A stretch of 64,000 bases of DNA from Octopus sinensis (taxonomy: Eukaryota), in contig NC_043000.1 in NCBI RefSeq assembly GCF_006345805.1, forward strand, positions 31,186,001 through 31,250,000. The letters run 5' to 3'. Under the pieces are notes generated by a model that made no database searches, was not told the origin of the DNA, and saw only the letters and a list, made by a program, of their open reading frames with translations. The number at the start of each line of letters is the position of its first letter. The first letter of the stretch is position 1. Of the stretch, positions 37,710 to 50,336 are shown piece by piece. The position numbers were made by a program, and so were the translations under genes.

Positions 37710-37995
37710 TCGTGATCGTTACCAGCATTGCCTTACTGGCACCTGCACTGGTAGCATGTGTAAAAGATTTGAGCGAAGTTGTTGCCAGTGCTGCCTGACT
37801 GGCCCCATGCCGGTGGCACATAAAAGCACCCGCTACACTCTAGGAGTGGTTGGCGTTAGGAAGGGCATCCAGCTGTAGAAACTCTGCCAGATCAAAATTG
37901 AAGCCTGGTGCAGCCATCTGGTTTGCCAGCCCTCGGTCATACGTCCAACCCATGCCAGCATGGAAAGCGGACATTAAACGATGATGATGATGATG
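37710..37995 (+). mobile_element. RTE LINE 3' UTR fragment
   Basis: Two sub-repeats, family 3' end and (GAT)n tail. Confidence 0.8.
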
Positions 37996-40900
37996 TGTGT
38001 GTATGTGTGTGTTAATGAGGCAAATTCAGCTGTATATGATAGCTTTGATCCTTGGGAGGCAAAAGGCAAGAAGCTGCCTGCAGATGCAGAAGATGCTTGG
38101 TTTATCGTCCACAGCCAGCTTCCTGCTTCTTTTCCCTCCAACCAGTTGTTAACCTAATATATTACATCGTTAATAAAGCTTAGATATTTCTTGATGCTTC
38201 CACAGTTATGTTGTGTGTGTATGTAATTTTATATAAATGTGGAAGGCAGCAAGTTGTCTCCAGATTGAGCTCTGTTACAGACACCCACCGATGAGGTGGT
38301 GGTGGTGCTGGCTTTTCAACTGGCCAATGGGTTAAGTCCAGCAAGAATAGGAATGGTTCTTATCTTTGACGTACCAGACTGGTTCAAATTTCACTGACAA
38401 AATTTACATTATCCTAAAGTTAGGGTAAAAACACCTTACCCAAAATACTGTGCAAAGTGTTCAAAGCAAAAACTAAAGTTGTGAAGGGGACATTTAACCA
38501 CCTTGTCGTGTTTTATATCCTTCTCTAGCCAGAAAGAATGTGTACCAGTCATATTCTTGGGTTGCCTGATTGTATACCACTTTTAAGAATTTTGTTGTCT
38601 TGTTCCTATTGGTAGTATTGTTAGAACATCAGACAAAATGCCTTACTGTATTTGTTTTTGTCTCTACATTCCGAGTTTAAATTTTGCAAAGGTTATCTTT
38701 GTTTTTCATCTTTTCAGGATTGATGAAATAAAGTACCAGTTATGTACTGGGGTTGATAGTATTGACTAAAAAGACATTCTTCTCTCCAAATTACTGACCT
38801 TATTCCTTAAATAGAAACAGTATTACTGAGTACAATTAATTTTGTCTACTTTCAGTTTGTTACTGAGCACACCTTTGTGGGCCTTGGACTCTGGTATTTT
38901 CTGTTGTATTCACACTAGTCTATGAGTGTGATACTTAATAATGTTTCCTGTATGTTGTCTAAGTCTTGGGATTTTGTTATGTATTTCATCATCATCCTTT
39001 TACCGTTCACTTTTCCATACTTGCATTGGTCAGAATTTATTAAGGTGGATTTTTCTATGGCTGGATGCTCTCTCTGTTGCTAACCCTCACCTATTTCCAA
39101 TTAAGGTAATATTTCCTATGCCCAGGCATGTTTTTCAAGGTAGATTGGGAATGAAGGCCACTGCCTGTATGACAGTGATTCTGATTTACATCTGTTACGC
39201 AAAGTCAAAGCAAAGAGATGTACACGCATATATACGATGGGCTTCCATGCAGTTTCCATTTGCCAGATTCACTCACAAAGCATTGGTTGACCTGGGGCTA
39301 TAGTAGAAGAAACTTGTTCTAGCTACCATGCAGTGGGACTGAACCTGAAGCCATCTGACCAAGCCATGCCTGCACCCATTTGTATACAGATATTTATGTC
39401 CCTCCCAAAGCCCCTTTTTATAGGAATTGTCTCTGTTTTCAACCCCTACATTTTGCTTATCTCCATTTCCAGCTCTTCAAGTTGCTTTGTCAGTCACACG
39501 CCAGTTGTAGTGTAGATTTATACCACTTCTTTTCTGTCATTCTTTCATAATACTGGAGAGGGCATGTACCTGGAGCAGCAGGTGATTGAGGGTCTTGAGC
39601 TGCTCTGACCCTTCCTCACTGAAAATGCCCACAACTTTTGTGGCTGTCTTTGTGTATATAATTTTTAATGTTTTGTTTGATGGGTTCCCTGCTCTTTATT
39701 GTGTATGTACACACCTGCATGTTTATAAGCATTTTCTATATATTTGAGTGGTCAAAGTAAGGTAGATTGGTAGAATCATTAGTGTTGGACAACCTTTAGT
39801 TACAGTACCCTATACCCTGAGTTCAGTTCCTGTCAACTTTTCTTTTCATTCTTCCAGGATCACCGAAACAAAATACTAATCAAGGTTTGATCTAAACGAA
39901 TATCTCTTCCCCTCAAAACTTCCAGCTTTGTATCAATGTTAAAAACAATTATTGCTATTAAATTTGGTGGGTTGATAGAGTCATTGGGGCATTAAACACC
40001 CCTCCACGCCCTTCACAAAAGCTTGGGTTTTTTTCAGCTCTTTCCATTCTTCATTGCAATTCCACCGAGATCAACTTTACTTTCCATTTCTCTGGGACTG
40101 ACAAAAGGAAGTCTCTGTCAAATATTGGGGTTGATAGTTTCAAATAACTCCCACCCCCTAAAACTGCACCCCTTCTCCCTAAATCAGAAGCCATTATTAC
40201 TAGTCCTGTTTATTGAAATCACTATTTTTGTTAACCACAGCCTTGTTCTCTTTAAAGTTGGGCTTTTGTAGTGATGAGGGAAAATGTTTATTGTGTGTGT
40301 GTGTGTGTGTGTTCTTCGTCAATGTTCTTAACTCAGTTAATATAATTTCTTGCCATTCAGTAAAGAATCGTGGAATGGAATAAGCAATCTCTTGGCATTG
40401 TCACACATCATATTTTCTTTTTTCTTGACAGACCAAAATCACGAAGAGTCTGGCTGCAGACTGCTTTGTCATACGATCAATTTACAACAGCTGCTCTTTT
40501 TCTGTCTGTCTCTCTGTCTCTCTCTCTCTCTCTCACTTCAGCTGTGAAAAGAAAATTACTCCGAAGATACATCAAAATGTTTTGTATTTGTGAAATCTCT
40601 ACTCCCATCTCACTCCTCGTCCATGTTAGCAACAACAAGACCCAAATGACAAGGCATTTATTAATGAATACAACGTAAATTGTAATTGTTCTAAGTCCTA
40701 CATTTGCTGCTAGTACTGGACCTATTTGCCACAGCCATTAAAGAAGGAATTCAGCAGCGTCAGCAGAATATCAATAATGAATATAAAAATTATACTTTAG
40801 CTTTATATTGGTCGTATTGTTTCATGGAACTGATAATTAACTTGTTTCTAGTTATACTACTATTATGACTATCTCCCTCACATGTATATAATACTCACTC

Positions 40901-42541
40901 GTACATACAGATATATAATACTATATGATAATATAATAATGTACCTCTCTATATGTAATTACACACACAGTTGGGTTTTGTTTTGGTGTGGTTCAGCGCA
41001 CTTCATTTAAATTAAAACTAGTAGATGCTGAATTCAGTTTACAATGTTTTATGAAAATAATCTAGAACAGCTGGCATGGAAGAAATGAAATGTAATGAAA
41101 TGAAACGGAACGATATATATATATATAATATATCGTGTGTACGTGTGCTGGCTACTAGCCAATGATTCTGTAAAAATAAACTTTTGATATCTGAATACAC
41201 TGGTTTTTTTTTTTACCTCTTGTAAATGTTATTTGGCAAGACATGAATTTCAGAGAGTAATTTGCTTAAGAACAGGACACATTTGGCAAGCGAACTTCTC
41301 TCTACATTGAAACATTATCGACGTCTGTGTTGGTGTCAACTCTGTTACTGAGTTAAATGGTAAAGTGGTACGAAGTCAGTGTTATCTTTGTTAATGTAAT
41401 GAGCCAATATGTGTTAATTAAAATTACAGGTACAATAAAGACAAAAATTAACTTTATTAATTCTGGTTAAAGCAGGAGTGACAACCCTGGACATGTTCCA
41501 GTCTTATTGGACTCCTCAGTGAGACAGCTTCTACTGGTACACCCAGAAAAAGATACTCATCTACCCATATATATGTAGGTGAATTTATATTATATTTGTC
41601 AATGGCTCTGTAACCTCTCTGGTGCCGGTGCCAAGATAAATACACAATAAAGATAAACACCCAATACACAATAAAGGGATTGATGATTGAATGATGATGG
41701 AATAGAGTGAAGAAGAGCTTTTAGTCTTGTCTTGTTGAGGACATAACAACTTTCCTAGTGTTGGTGTCATGATAAAATGCACCCAGAACACTCTGGAAAA
41801 TGAGTGATAGGAAAGGCATACAACTGTCGAAAAGCACAAGTGGGACACCCCTGACCTATCTAAGAGGGGCAGTAACTCCGAATAAGCACCAAGTCGCACT
41901 ATAATGACTCCTCAACCCAAGCTAGCAGGGAAAACACTCGTAAAAATAGTGATGATGAAAAACTATCAGACTCCTTCATATCCAATGGCGTATACTTGCC
42001 AAAATAATATCTTGCAACATTCCAAATATATTGTTATATAAGGAATGACTTTTTATATACTACTATGTTAGTTAAGAAGAAAGGTATTGGGCGGACACGA
42101 ACAAGCCTTCACTGGAATATTGCAAATATTGCAACTGTGTATTATCTCCCAAACCCAACTGTGATACTTGGCCCTGCTCTCCCTTAGAAAACGTACCCTT
42201 GGAGCTCTTTTCCTTCAATATGAGTATTTTACTCTACGAAACCCACTTCGTCCAGCCTCCCCATTAGGAGCGATTATGGCTTTCCGCCTGTCTGTTTCTA
42301 TTGTAGAAAATCAAATATTCAAATGCGAAATGCAGGATGCATTTAAAGGTAGTTTTATTCTGTAATATATAGAGAATGAGAATATAATAAACCCCACTTG
42401 CTAATAGTGGGTTAGTAGTGACTCTGCCAACTTCTGAATGGCAAATTTATTGTTACCAACAGGGCTTCCATTTTGGCTTAAGAAATGTTGCACAGAATGG
42501 GAAATATGAAACAAAAGTGAATGCAGCGTTGTACAAGCAGT

Positions 42542-42617
<76 letters not shown>

Positions 42618-42620
<3 letters not shown>

Positions 42621-42942
42621 TAGAGATAAAACCACTATTATGCAACTCAGTGATAGACGACATAAACCAATACGTAAATAACAAGTAATATATATAATTA
42701 ATTTTTCTTTTCAAAAAGTATAAAATGAATGATAAATATAAGTAAAAACATATATATATATATATATATATATATTAATTATATATATTACTTGTTATTT
42801 ATGTATTGGTTTATGTCATCTATCACTGTTTGAGTTGCATAATAGTGGCTTTATCTCTAATTTACATTTTATATATTTATATTGTGAAATTTGATTTAAT
42901 ACTAAATTGAATTTTCCCCTGTAGCTTGGAGTTATACTCTCT
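42618..42942. mobile_element. Fold-back repeat element in (TA)n, copy 2
   Basis: Same arm sequence and same one-sided tail (tgtgaaatttgatttaatactaaattgaa...) as 7135-7445, with a different centre. Confidence 0.75.
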
Positions 42943-43134
42943 ATTATTATTATTATTATTTTATTATTATTATTATATATATATATATATTATATATTAT
43001 ATATATATATACACTTTTTATTAAAGCTGCAAAAACTTTACAAAACTGTTCTTCAGAGTTTCACGTTTCCGTTCTTCGGGTAGCTGTGGTCAAGAATGGA
43101 ATAAAGTTACGCGTCAGTTACGTCAGTTACGATG

Positions 43135-43435
43135 AGGAGTGTTCCTCTTTATCCAATCAACGGAATAGTCGGTTCATGAAATTAACGTGTAAGTAGCTGA
43201 GCACTTTACAGACACGTGTACCCTTAACGTTGTTCTCAGGGAGAATTAGCGTAACACAGAATACGACAAGGTTGGTCCCTCTTGAATTACAGGTACAACT
43301 CATTTTTTTGCCAGCTGAGGGGACTGGAACAACGTGAAATAAAATGTCTTGCTCCAGGACACAACACACCGCCGGGGGAATGGAACTCACGGCCTTAGGA
43401 TCGTGAGCCGTTACCCGAACCACTAAGCCACGTGT
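43135..43435 (-). mobile_element. tRNA-derived SINE (CORE/V-like central domain); related copy at about 2285-2560 (+)
   Basis: Minus-strand head gtggcttagtggttcggg...gagttccattccc, then tcctggagcaagacattttatttcacgttgttccagtc...cagctggcaaaa. Confidence 0.7.
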
Positions 43436-43437
43436 AG

Positions 43438-43494
<57 letters not shown>

Positions 43495-43798
43495 TACTCA
43501 AAATGGAATCCAAAGAGACTGGTGGTAGTCTGCGTTGGCAAATCTCTTGAAAAGTCGACAGAGCACAATGAAATTACCTCGGGGAGTGGAAAATCCAACT
43601 TTTCGGACAAAGTCCTTCTTCAAAGGAAAGCTGACAGGAGTGAAATCAAAGACAGTTTCTCAAACAGTTGTAAAACTCTGCTGTCTTTTTAAATTTCACT
43701 CCTGTCAAGTTTTTCTTGAAGAAGAAATTCTGTAAGAAACGTTGGAATTTTCACTGCCTAATGCAATTCCTCTGTACACTGTCCATTTATATGTATGG

Positions 43799-43831
<33 letters not shown>

Positions 43832-43884
43832 TATATGTGTATATTTATGTATGTGTGTCTATATATAATGTATGTATAAGGAGT

Positions 43885-44385
43885 TAGTCAGATCAGAAGA
43901 TAGTATTTCTTTGAATTTCTCGAATATTTCTTGACATTGTGGAGACCAGTCCCATTTTGCGTTGCGAACAAGTAACGAGTTTAGTGGACCCTTTATTTGA
44001 TGCATGTTAGGTATAAATGAGCTGTAATAACTAACCATTCCTAAAAAAGAACGTAGTTTAGTTAAGTCTGTGGGTGGTGGTAATTGCTGGGTTTTTATTT
44101 TCAGAATCTGGAAAACGTCCATCTTTATTCACAACAAAACCTAAATATGCTAATTGAGGAAGAAAAAGTTGGTATTTTTCTGATTTTCGACAAAGACTAT
44201 ATTCCTTAATTTGTTTCAAGGGATTCCTTAAATGTTGTTTTTTTTTATGTTCAGATTCAGTTGATGAAGCAATGATAATTTCATCGAGGTACGCAAAGGC
44301 ATATGAAAAAAGCCGCAAGCATAATATCCATTAGCTGCTGAAAAATCCCTGGGGCAAACTTTATCTCAGTGGAATATATCAAGGA
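43885..44385 (-). mobile_element. Ty3/Gypsy pol fragment (RT and connection)
   Basis: AFAYLDEIII, LAYLGFVV and LRSFLGMVSYYSSFIPNM...EILSSDL motifs; frameshifted. Confidence 0.88.
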
Positions 44386-45947
44386 TGTGACAACGAGAAG
44401 GTTTTTGGAAGTTATTGCAGGAGATTAGTGAGGCTAGGACGAAGACTAAAAGTGATGTTGAGGAGTTTTTATTTGCAGAGAATTCATTGCATTCAAGAAG
44501 TGGTTCGTTCGAACATGAATTTCTTAAAAATGTAGAAAAATTGTTTTCACTTAACCTATACACGGCATAACAAGCTTCAGAGTCGATAAAAGGAGAAACA
44601 TAATGTGCTGTGTAATTTCAGAAAATACTAGATTGTGTAATACTAGCGGTGGGAGATGTATGTATAACGATTCTGATGTCATTAGACAAAGGTGACAACG
44701 ATGTATTCATTCAAATATAATGTAAGACTTCTAGAGAGACGAGTAAAAGAACGGTTTACCTCTACCACAGAACATACTTTGAAATCCAGAAGCAGAAACT
44801 AGGTGCAAATTAGAGAGAGAAAAAAACCGTTCTATGAAACAAAAGCAATATTAGACTAAAATAGCTATCTGTATATCATACTCGATGCAGAAAAAGTGCT
44901 AAAGGTAAATTAACTACGCATTCGTTCGGGATTCAAATCCCTTATGGATGCGTTAACCTAGTACTACTTTTTTTTGCATATAATGGATTTTTATTCAGTC
45001 GGGCGGCTAATCGCAACATCAGTGATTTTTCGTTTATCTGGATTGTGAATTCTTTAGTCCTACGTACAATTGATAGAAAAATATATCAGTAAAAAATTAG
45101 GATCGATACAAATATGCGACCTTGACCTTGTACCAATAAGAGAAATCTTATATTCTCATAACTATATTCACTAATTAATCACAGCTGACCATGTTCTACC
45201 GATTCAAAGTTCAAATATTCCAAAACAATGATTCACTAAGTAATTTTTTTTCGCTATCGAAATTGACTTTTTAAAAATGTTTTTTCATTTTTTTTTGTCT
45301 TCCAAGTAACTTGGCAAGTTATGGCTTTTACGAAAATAATATTAATTTCACGAAAACCAATATGTAGTGGCAATTACGGCGTGGAAGATACATATCAGTC
45401 ATTAAAAAATACGCAAAAACTGTTAACTTCGCTTAATTGTTTTGTATCATAATTTTCGTCACACTAACTGCGGCCTGGTCACTGACACGGTTCCACTGGA
45501 ACTAGTCTGAGATGAAGCTGTTGGTCAGTTTATAAAGTCTTTAGGGTTTTAAATATAATTCACTCTCATATATAGATCACCCATTCCAGTTGCCATTGCC
45601 TGATTCTCATAGTAGATCCGTTAATTTGGCTTTTGGTTCAAATCTATGAAGTCTTTCTTCTTTCCTTCTTTCAGACAAACAAAACATAAAATCTGTTCGA
45701 TAAAAATACAAATTCTTTAGAAATATGTCTCCGCGAAGCAACCCGATTTCTTTTCTAGATATTCATATTTCATTCTATTTGACCATTGTGACTACATATC
45801 TAAAGAAATATTCCCTTCTTTCCCTGATTAAACATTCTCTGGATTATTAACTTCATTTTTAGTGATGAGATGTATTTAAATATTTATATCTGAATAAATT
45901 TTGTTCAGTTAAAACTCGCCAATAGTCGTCAGGTGTCTCAGTCCTGG

Positions 45948-46015
<68 letters not shown>

Positions 46016-46163
46016 TAAACAGTAAAAATAATTACAGACATGGACAAGAACATGAAACACCACAGAGACGACACAAGAACCACAGGACGGGACATTCGAA
46101 GCCCTCAGTCATCAGTCAAGAACCAGATCATCTTAGCAATTTCGGCTGATTAATCTTGAGATT

Positions 46164-46229
<66 letters not shown>

Positions 46230-46737
46230 CACTCATTGCAGCAGCCTGCAGCTCACATAACATTTCTGACAGCTGGTACAGTTCACCGTTGACCAGACAG
46301 CTGACAGTTATACGATGGTCCAAAATTTAAACGGTAACACAGCTAGCAACTTTGATGAAGACCTTGTAGTCAGACAGCTCAATTAAATTGTGATATACAG
46401 CTTGTAGCTTTGATCACACACTCTTGTAGTCAGGCAGCTGTTTATAGACATGCAGCCAAGACAGAGCTGTCTATTCTATATCGAGAGCATCATTTCATTA
46501 CTCCCCAGCTTGCTTTCACTGAAAGCACGTCTTAACTGGAATGTAGTGTCATGCATGCACGCACAGTTTGTACACACACACACTTCTAAATGCAAACTTT
46601 GTTGCATGTTCTCACATTTATTTATCACACTCTGTACATGCCGACTGAAGATTTACATACAGGCAGATACTTTCGTGATTATCTACAGACTCACTTGGAT
46701 AAATATAAGTACACTCACACATACATACATACATATA

Positions 46738-47148
46738 GGCGCAGGAGTGGCTGTGTGGTAAGTAGCTTGCTAACCAACCACATGGTTCCGGGTTCAGTCC
46801 CACTGCGTGGCATCTTGGGCAAGTGTCTTCTGCTATAGCCTCGGGCCGACCAAAGCCTTGTGAGTGGATTTGGGAGACGGAAACTGAAAGAAGCCTGTCG
46901 TATATATGTATATATATGTATGCATGTGTATGTTTGTGTGTCTGTGTTTGTCCCTCTAGCATTGCTTGACAAACGATGCTGGTATGTTTACGTCCCCATC
47001 ACTTAGCGGTTCAGCAAAAGAGACCGATAGAATAAGTACTGGGCTTACGAAGAATAAGTCCCGGGGTCGATTTGCTCGACTAAAGGCGGTGCTCCAGCAT
47101 GGCCGCAGTCAAATGACTGAAACAAGTAAAAGAGTAAAAGAGTAAAAG
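46738..47148 (+). mobile_element. Full-length tRNA-derived SINE; partial copies at about 17230-17615, 20750-20900, 21640-21760 and 39230-39370
   Basis: GGCGCAGGAGTGGCTGTGTGG A box, GGTTCAGTCC B box, internal TA/TG tract, (AAAGAGTA)n tail. Confidence 0.85.
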
Positions 47149-47185
47149 TATACATACACACACACATACACACAAACACACACGG

Positions 47186-48140
47186 GTAAAGAGATTATCG
47201 TTGCTGAAACCAAGTAAAGAAATTATCGTTGCTGTAGATGCGTCAGATTATGGAATAGGAGCAGTATTCTTGCATAAAACGATGAATGGCTCACATAAGC
47301 CAGTTTATGCCTACTTCAAAAAGTCTATGGAAAGTTGAAAAGAAATATTCACAAATAGAAAAGGAAGCAGTGCCACTTGTTTATGCTGTAAAAAAAAATT
47401 CCTTCCCATGATATATGGTAGAATGTTCCATCTTCAAACTGACCACAAACCGCTCTTAAAAATATTTGGTTCAAAATCTGGAATCTCAGTATATACAGCG
47501 AATTGTTTGCAACGCTGGGTAATTTTTGGGCTATAATTTCATTATAAGTATCAACTTTTATCTTTTGCATATCTTTCACTACTAATAACTGAATACTCGG
47601 CAATGACAGGAGACGTCGTAATCTTTATATATAAAAGTGAGGTTGTGTCCTGTCTGTCTCCTACGATTTAGATTCCTAACTACTCCCACATTTTGCGGTG
47701 AAGTTTAACCAAAACCGGGTATCTTATAGTCGTGATTCATATCGAGCCCTTCTGGGTATTAACGCGCGTCTACGATGAGTCTACGATTAAAAACAAATTT
47801 ACCATCAATTTTTCCCATTTTAATGCATTTTTGGCATATATAAGGGAAGTAACTCTCTAAGAATGTATTATTAAATCTCAGAACGTAAAAAGCTACAGTA
47901 ACACCCCCCCCTTTGTGGTTAGCCATATTGAGATGGCTATTATACTTTACATCTCTAAAAATGCTTATATAGTTATTTCCCTTACAAATCCGAGCAACGC
48001 CGGGCGATACTGCTAGTTGCTAATACAAATATTGAAGCTGAGATCCACCAAGTGCTAAGGGATTCGATCAAAATTTTTTTACCTGTTATTTTAGAATTGG
48101 TAAAACAAGAAACATTAAAAGAACCTGCTCTGCAAAAAGT
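47186..48140 (+). mobile_element. Ty3/Gypsy pol fragment (RNase H onward), interrupted by a Helitron
   Basis: SKEIIVAVDASDYGIGAV, YSQIEKEA and TDHKPLLKIFGSK motifs. The reading DVV|IANTNIEAEIHQVL resumes after 48016. Confidence 0.85.
47622..48016 (+). mobile_element. Non-autonomous Helitron (395 bp)
   Basis: 5' TC(TTTATATATAAAAG), 3' hairpin CCGAGCAACGCCGGG followed by CTAG, inserted at A^T without a TSD. Confidence 0.8.
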
Positions 48141-48312
48141 TTGAAACCAAAAGAGTTTTACATTGATGGGATTAAAAAGCTTGTAAATAGATGGAAGGAA
48201 GTCATAGATAATCAGGGAAAGTACATTGATGATTAAATATCAATTAAATATAACATTCGATCACTTGTTTTCTTTATTCCAAATTCGGACAGAACTTCAG
48301 GGACGACCTGAT
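48140..48312 (+). mobile_element. Mariner 3' fragment
   Basis: KPKEFYIDGIKKLVNRWKEVIDNQGKYIDD* transposase C-terminus followed by a TIR-like end ...ggacgacctgata. Confidence 0.75.
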
Positions 48313-48404
48313 AATTCCAATAATGTCGCGTAGCTTCAGCATATTTTCAGTGTGTGCGTCTCCGGTACTGGTCACCCATTTCCCACCGGAATTTGTTATG
48401 ATAC

Positions 48405-48807
48405 TTGCATGTCTGACACGCTCATGTCCCTGTACATCATTACAACTCTACACTTTGCGACCTTGAATTTCTCCAATACAGATATTTGCATGACTGACAC
48501 GCTCATGTCCCTGTACATCATTACAACTCTACACTTTGCGACCTTGAATTCCTCCAATACAGATATTTGCATGTGTGATACTCTCATGTCCCTGTACATC
48601 ATTACAACTCTACACTTTGCGACCTTGAATTTCTCCAATACAGATATTTGCATGACTGACACGCTCATGTCCCTGTACATCATTACAACTCTACACTTTG
48701 CGACCTTGAATTTCTCCAATACAGATATTTGCATGTGTGACACTCTCATGTCCCTATACATCATTACAACTCTACACTTTGCGACCTTGAATTCCTCCAA
48801 TACAGAT
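48405..48807. repeat. 81-bp minisatellite, 5 copies
   Basis: Unit TGACACGCTCATGTCCCTGTACATCATTACAACTCTACACTTTGCGACCTTGAATTTCTCCAATACAGATATTTGCATGAC; 27-aa periodicity in ORFs on both strands. Confidence 0.95.
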
Positions 48808-49405
48808 GACAGAGAAAGTTGGAACTGTCCAAAACTTATGTACCAGTCTATTTAACTGAAGCTTGGACGGATACCCAACCCCCTTTCGATGTATTTGCTT
48901 ACCTCTGTTGATGGAATAGCCTCTCCTTGCACTTACAAATTGATTCTGTTTGTTACTTTGCCTCTCCTGATCACTGTACTCCTAGATTTCTTGGAGTATG
49001 GCGATCATACTTCTAGATTTCTTTATTGAACAACTGAGCCGTACGAATTTACCAAATCTAGTCAGACCACTGTCAAGTCACCTTCGTTCCTTTTGGCCTC
49101 TTGGATCATCTGGCTCAGAACTCCGGTGTGTTTCAGATATCTAGAGAGACTCGGAGCAACACCTTTCTGGATAGAGCTGTTTATGTATCCATTCTCAGTT
49201 ATTATGTACGAGGCCACCCTTTTGGGCAATACTAAAGAAGATTTTCCTTTCACCACTCAGAAGTGAAATGGCTCAGAATTGGTTTATGGTTGAGGAGTTT
49301 TTATCCTTCTGCTTTCTTCCAGCATGATATCCAGATTTTATAAGAACGGGCCTACTGTCTCCGAAGAATCTCCAACCTTCCTTGGTCGCCATCCAGACTT
49401 TGTAT
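48405..49405 (-). mobile_element. HERO-like (RLE-clade) non-LTR retrotransposon fragment
   Basis: NGYINSSIQKGVAPSLSRYLKHTGVLSQMIQEAKRNEGDLTVV*LDLVNSYGS and QLSLSSVLEEFKVAKCRVVMMYRD resemble HERO RT segments as I recall them; internally deleted. Confidence 0.65.
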
Positions 49406-50336
49406 AATAAAAAAAAAAATAATGAAATAATGAAATTATTGTATACAGTGCTCAGGTGCACCACAAATAAGGAAAAGTCGACCTCAGCAGAATTTGAACT
49501 CAGAATGTAAAGACTGACGAAATACCACTAAGCATTATTTACCGGCGTGCTTATGATTCCGCCAGCTCACCGTCAGCTTTCCTGGAAGTCATTGGTCGTC
49601 CCCAGCATGGTGGTATGTAAAATATTTGGAAACTCAAGCGAACCTTGGCGTGGTTATTGTCAACCAATCCAACTTACACTGCCTGTCTGTCGGAACAACA
49701 GGAAAAGAAGACAAGATTAATCATACTAAAAGTGTATTAAAAGTTGTATCAGGGTTGATATATTGAGGTTATCTCCCTTGAAATTACCTCAGTCAACTTC
49801 AGTTAATTTAATATCAATCTCTCTCTATCCTCACCAAAGACTGAGAAATTGTTTTTGTAGAATTTGTTACATATTTTAATTTCTATGTTTTATCATTATT
49901 TTGGATAATTCAATCAGTGAGACCAATGCTTGACCCAGAGATCCAATGCTTCTGAAGTCGAACATTTTTGGGGTTTGGGTTCAATGTCCCCAATGACTGA
50001 CTCCATTCTTTCTCCATAACCTTTACATTATCGATCATAGATTCCACTCTATTCTGAAAATTTCGATACGAACATCATTCTTGCTGTCGATAGTGGCCGC
50101 CGCAGCCACCGTTTTCTAAATTAATTTTTGTCTATATTTAAAACAAAATAGTAACAGTGAATCTATTGAACATTTTGCTTTGTTAAATCTATTTCATTTC
50201 AGATTTTATACATAAGTACAGACGCAGACAGGCAGACAGACAGATAGATAGACAGACAGACAAATAGATAGTCAGACAGACAGACTCACGCAGACATACG
50301 CACACACACATAATACATACATATTACATACATACA

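Noticed and set aside
38015-38400. Protein-looking short readings (ANSAVYDSFDPWEAKGKKL...; KPSIFCICRQ)
   Set aside because: No convincing splice-site pair and no recognised family.
44916-44953. Compact hairpin ACGCATTCGT-TC-GGGAT-TCAA-ATCCC-TT-ATGGATGCGT
   Set aside because: Real pairing but too short for a pre-miRNA, single copy and no recognisable motif.
45500-45950. Possible Gypsy gag remnant upstream of the minus-strand RT
   Set aside because: Only faint similarity with many stops.
46060-46160. Hammerhead from GAAA...CTGATGA on the minus strand
   Set aside because: The order implies type II, but stems I and II could not be paired.
48405-48807. CRISPR-like regular repeat
   Set aside because: Contiguous 81-bp units without unique spacers, in a eukaryotic context, and derived from a LINE ORF.
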